The notes under the pieces are model-generated. The model ran no database searches. It was not told the origin of the DNA and saw only the letters and a list, made by a program, of their open reading frames with translations. The translations under genes and the position numbers were made by a program. Below, in pieces: positions 16,591 to 20,000 of a DNA stretch of 20,000 nt. Numbering within the stretch: position 1 is the stretch's first letter; the number at the start of each line of letters is the position of its first letter. This DNA comes from an uncultured virus (IMG/VR IMGVR_UViG_3300027896_004848) (lineage: Duplodnaviria > Heunggongvirae > Uroviricota > Caudoviricetes): the IMG/VR virus record IMGVR_UViG_3300027896_004848. The stretch is one strand, 5' to 3'.

Positions 16591-16861
16591 GTTATATTTA
16601 CATTATAAACAGGGTGACGATTTAGCTAATTTCATAAAACAGACAAAGACTTCTCAAGAAGCTCTTTTAGCTTGGGCAGCCTTCATGGAAAGTAATGCTC
16701 AAACTATAAAGAGATTAGTTGAAATCTTTGAAGGTAAAAAGCTTTTTATTGAACAAGCTGACACTCATTTTATACAAATAGACGGGGATAAAGAGTGTTT
16801 AAAAAAAGCTGTGAAAGAAAAGCTTCTTCAAATTATGGATTGGGAAGAATCAGAAGAATAA
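16574..16861 (+). CDS. Hypothetical protein, 95 aa
   Basis: AAGGAG RBS then ATG 16574, overlapping the end of the methyltransferase gene. Confidence 0.65.
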   Translation: MTKTYELYLHYKQGDDLANFIKQTKTSQEALLAWAAFMESNAQTIKRLVEIFEGKKLFIEQADTHFIQIDGDKECLKKAVKEKLLQIMDWEESEE

Positions 16862-16961
16862 CTTTAATGTTTACCTATGTCATGGCTGAGCTTTCTATTT
16901 TTACTAAATGGCTTAATGAAAATTTTGATCAGTAATATTTAAGCTGATATAGTCTTTTTCT

Positions 16962-18566
16962 TTATCTTTGAATTCCTAATGAAAAATAGCCCGCACTGTT
17001 TGTAATTTTAGAGTAATAATTTCCTGTGACCAATACGGGTGAAGATCTTCTATTAGTATCTGCAAATCCTAATTGTCCATAAGTATTTGTTCCCCACGCC
17101 CACAAAGTACCATCTACTTTTAATCCAAATAAATGAGAATACCCACCAGCGATATTTACAAAGCTATGACCACCCACCACTAATACAGGTGAGGATCTAG
17201 GATTTGAATCATTACATCCTAATTCCCCTTCAGAATTATATCCCCAAGCCCAAGCAGTACCGTCTGCTTTTAATCCTAATGAATATTGATATTCACAAGC
17301 TATATTTATAAAACTATGACTACCTACAACTAATACAGGTGAGGATCTATAACTAGTATTTGTATTTTGACCTAATCCGCCAAAATCATTAGCTCCCCAA
17401 GCCCACACATTACCGTCTGCTTTTAATCCTAATGAATGATACTGCCCACAAGCTATATTTATAAAAGTATGATTTCCTACCACCAATACTGGTGAGGATC
17501 TATTAGGGGTATCATTATGCCCTAATTCCCCTTCAGAATTATATCCCCAAGCCCACACATTACCGTCTGCTTTTAATCCAAGTGAATAAATATCCCCACC
17601 AGCGATATTTATAAAAGTATGATTTCCTACTACTAATACAGGTGAGGATCTATTATTAGTATCATTTTGTCCTAATTGACCAAATGCGTTATCTCCCCAG
17701 ACCCACGTAGATCCATCTGCTTTTAGTCCTAATGCTTGATTATATCCACCAATAATATTATTAAAACTATGACTACCTTGTACTAGTATAGGTGAGGATC
17801 TACTAACTATACTATTATTTCCTAATTGGCCGAAATTATTTCGTCCCCAAGCCCAAGCAGAGCCGTCTGATTTTATTCCCACAGACTGATTAAATCCACC
17901 AGTGATATTTATAAAAGTATGATTTCCTACTACTAATACAGGTGAGGATCTATTATTAGTATCATTTTGTCCTAATTGACCATAATTATTTTGTCCCCAA
18001 ACTTGGATCTGTCTTGTTAAAGGTAGTTGATTACTATTTACATTATAATTTTTAATATAAATTTTCCCATTTTTGCTACTTATATAAAACAGCCCATATA
18101 AAGCAGGACTAGGAAGACTTAATATAGTGGTGTTGAAACCGCTATAATTATCACTATAAAAAGGTTGAGGAAAATTTATGTCGACACCTAAATTAAAATT
18201 ATAAAAATTAAATGTAGGCTCTACAACTACTATAATTTCTTTATCTGTTGTATTGCTAAAAGTAAAAGAGATATTTCCATTCACATCAGGCTTATAAAAG
18301 ATCTTTCCTAGACTCCAGTCTATATTTGTGGTGCCTGTAAGATCTATAGGAGTATTTACATCTATAGGAGTAGGGTATGTCGAGTAATTTTGAGTATGGT
18401 TGCCAACAACTATAATATTAGCCCCATCATAATATTTTAATTGATTAGAAGTACTGTTATACCAAAACTCATCTGTCACAGGTGCTACAGGGTCTGTGCT
18501 TACTATCTTCACTGTCTTTTCTATAATCGTTATATCATCTTGTGTTACTACTGTTTTTGTTGGCAT
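16962..18566 (-). CDS. RCC1-repeat beta-propeller protein, probable virion fibre/adhesin
   Basis: Seven ~50-aa repeats WAWGxNxxGQLGxxxxxxRSSPVLVVG; N-terminal WYNSTSNQLKYYDG and IDWSLG...FTFSN segments typical of fibre-like proteins. Confidence 0.85.
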   Translation of the reverse strand: MPTKTVVTQDDITIIEKTVKIVSTDPVAPVTDEFWYNSTSNQLKYYDGANIIVVGNHTQNYSTYPTPIDVNTPIDLTGTTNIDWSLGKIFYKPDVNGNISFTFSNTTDKEIIVVVEPTFNFYNFNLGVDINFPQPFYSDNYSGFNTTILSLPSPALYGLFYISSKNGKIYIKNYNVNSNQLPLTRQIQVWGQNNYGQLGQNDTNNRSSPVLVVGNHTFINITGGFNQSVGIKSDGSAWAWGRNNFGQLGNNSIVSRSSPILVQGSHSFNNIIGGYNQALGLKADGSTWVWGDNAFGQLGQNDTNNRSSPVLVVGNHTFINIAGGDIYSLGLKADGNVWAWGYNSEGELGHNDTPNRSSPVLVVGNHTFINIACGQYHSLGLKADGNVWAWGANDFGGLGQNTNTSYRSSPVLVVGSHSFINIACEYQYSLGLKADGTAWAWGYNSEGELGCNDSNPRSSPVLVVGGHSFVNIAGGYSHLFGLKVDGTLWAWGTNTYGQLGFADTNRRSSPVLVTGNYYSKITNSAGYFSLGIQR

Positions 18567-18575
18567 ATGTCTCTC

Positions 18576-20000
18576 TTAAAAGTTATTGGGGTTGATAATT
18601 TGCCCACCTATTCCAAAAATTTTAGTAAAACTAAAATTTCCAATTACCTGTATTGGCGAAGATCTCGAAATATTATATCCCCAATTCCACACAGTACCAT
18701 CATTTTTTAATCCTACTAAATTAGCTATATTTATAAAACTATGACTACCTACTAATAATACAGGAGATGACCTGTAATTTGTGTCATTATGTCCCAACTC
18801 ACCATCAAGATTATACCCCCATGACCAAGCAGAGCCGTCTGATTTTAATCCGTAGGAAGCCCTTTCGCCAGCCGCTATTTTAATAAAACTATGACTGCCA
18901 ACTACAGCAACTGGAGAATTCCTAATAGTTGTAGAATTATCCCCCACAGCACCCGAAGTGAGTGGTATAAGGCTAGTATATTGAACTCCCCAAGCCCATA
19001 TAGAACCGTCTACTTTTAAAGCCAAGTTATGATAATCTCCAGCAGCTATGCTGATAAAGCTATGACTACCTACTACTAAACTCGGAGATGACCTGCTAAT
19101 TGCAGTATTATCACCTAAGACATTTCCGAAAGTAGAAAAATTCTGTCCCCACGCCCAGCAAGAACCGTCTAGTTTTAACGCTGTTGTATGGGCATCTGAA
19201 CTAACTATACTGATAAAGCTGTGCCCTCCTACTACTAGTACTGGAGATGAGCTAGATATCGTATCACCACTTCCCAATTGACCATTGCCATTATTTCCAA
19301 ATGCCCAACAGGATCCATCTTTTAAACCGTGGGAAAAATGAGTACCACAAGCCATATTTACAAAACTATGACTTCCTACTACTAATACTGTGGAAGATCT
19401 ATTATTAGTATCTGTATTGATTCCTAATTGACCATATTTATTATATCCCCAAGACCAAGCAGAACCGTCTACTTTTAATCCTAAAGCTTGATAATTGTCT
19501 GATCCGATATATACGTTAACAAAACTATGATTTCCTACGACTAATACAGGGGAAATCTGAGAACTGTTATTATTATTACCTAGTTGCCCAAAATTACCAG
19601 CCCCCCACATCCAAGTCTGATTTAAAGGATATACCCCTTTAACAACACTGCAATATATTACAGAATTTGTCTGTGTAAAAGTATAAATCGCGGTCTCCGA
19701 AGGATTCAGTATTAAATTAGTACTAGAAATATTTGTAAATTTTAGGCTAGGAAAAGATATAGTATGAGAATTATATAAATCACTATTTATTACAGTCATT
19801 TCTACTTTTACACCATCTGCAAAATTAGAAAAAGTAAATGTAGAATCAGCACTTATTATTTTATAAGCTTTTCCCCAATTAGCATCTAAGTTTAAAGCGG
19901 GTAATTGTATGACACCGTCAAATTTACGTAGGGTAGCATTTGAGGAGCTTGTATTAGTCACAAATGTACTATAAGTCTTATCTACCCAAGTCTGAGTATC
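18576..20000 (-). CDS. Second RCC1-repeat protein, 5' end outside the window
   Basis: Same repeats and similar NWGKAY...FTFSN pre-domain; frame stays open from 19961 to 20000 (DTQTWVDKTYSTF). Confidence 0.85.
   Translation of the reverse strand, partial: DTQTWVDKTYSTFVTNTSSSNATLRKFDGVIQLPALNLDANWGKAYKIISADSTFTFSNFADGVKVEMTVINSDLYNSHTISFPSLKFTNISSTNLILNPSETAIYTFTQTNSVIYCSVVKGVYPLNQTWMWGAGNFGQLGNNNNSSQISPVLVVGNHSFVNVYIGSDNYQALGLKVDGSAWSWGYNKYGQLGINTDTNNRSSTVLVVGSHSFVNMACGTHFSHGLKDGSCWAFGNNGNGQLGSGDTISSSSPVLVVGGHSFISIVSSDAHTTALKLDGSCWAWGQNFSTFGNVLGDNTAISRSSPSLVVGSHSFISIAAGDYHNLALKVDGSIWAWGVQYTSLIPLTSGAVGDNSTTIRNSPVAVVGSHSFIKIAAGERASYGLKSDGSAWSWGYNLDGELGHNDTNYRSSPVLLVGSHSFINIANLVGLKNDGTVWNWGYNISRSSPIQVIGNFSFTKIFGIGGQIINPNNF

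Noticed and set aside
977..18710. Other overlapping ORFs in the track (977, 1501, 4321, 5478, 5843, 6299, 7006, 12587, 12781, 12859, 13494, 13783, 15305, 18441)
   Set aside because: Antisense or off-frame overlaps with well-supported genes, without recognisable motifs.
16962..20000. Diversity-generating retroelement acting on RCC1 repeats
   Set aside because: No reverse transcriptase or non-coding template repeat in the window; differences between blades are not confined to adenines of any one copy.
1..20000. Stop-codon reassignment (code 15 or 4)
   Set aside because: Genes are intact in code 11; TAG stops at 2478, 3337 and 3762 are followed quickly by other stops or new RBSs.

Overview
AT-rich, densely coding fragment of a large tailed dsDNA phage or prophage, read in the standard genetic code. 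The core is a + strand head-assembly module: three to four uncharacterised late genes, an HK97/assemblin-type prohead protease with a Cys-rich insertion (5469-6989), a tiny Arg/Lys-rich protein, an E/K-rich scaffold (7258-8391), a capsid decoration-type gene (12600-13160) and the major capsid protein (13197-14078). A ~4.2 kb block separates scaffold from capsid; it holds a minus-strand accessory operon, an unusual regulator (two sigma region-4-like HTHs + NusG-like KOW + winged HTH) and a ~570 bp repeat-containing non-coding region. After the capsid terminator is one ORF fusing five HTH repeats, a LAGLIDADG endonuclease and an SPPY-type DNA methyltransferase. The left end has divergent sigma70 promoters, a partial radical SAM gene, a HEXXH metallohydrolase and an RmlA-like nucleotidyltransferase; the right end has two RCC1-repeat genes. 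All family calls come from motif recognition by eye; no searches were run.
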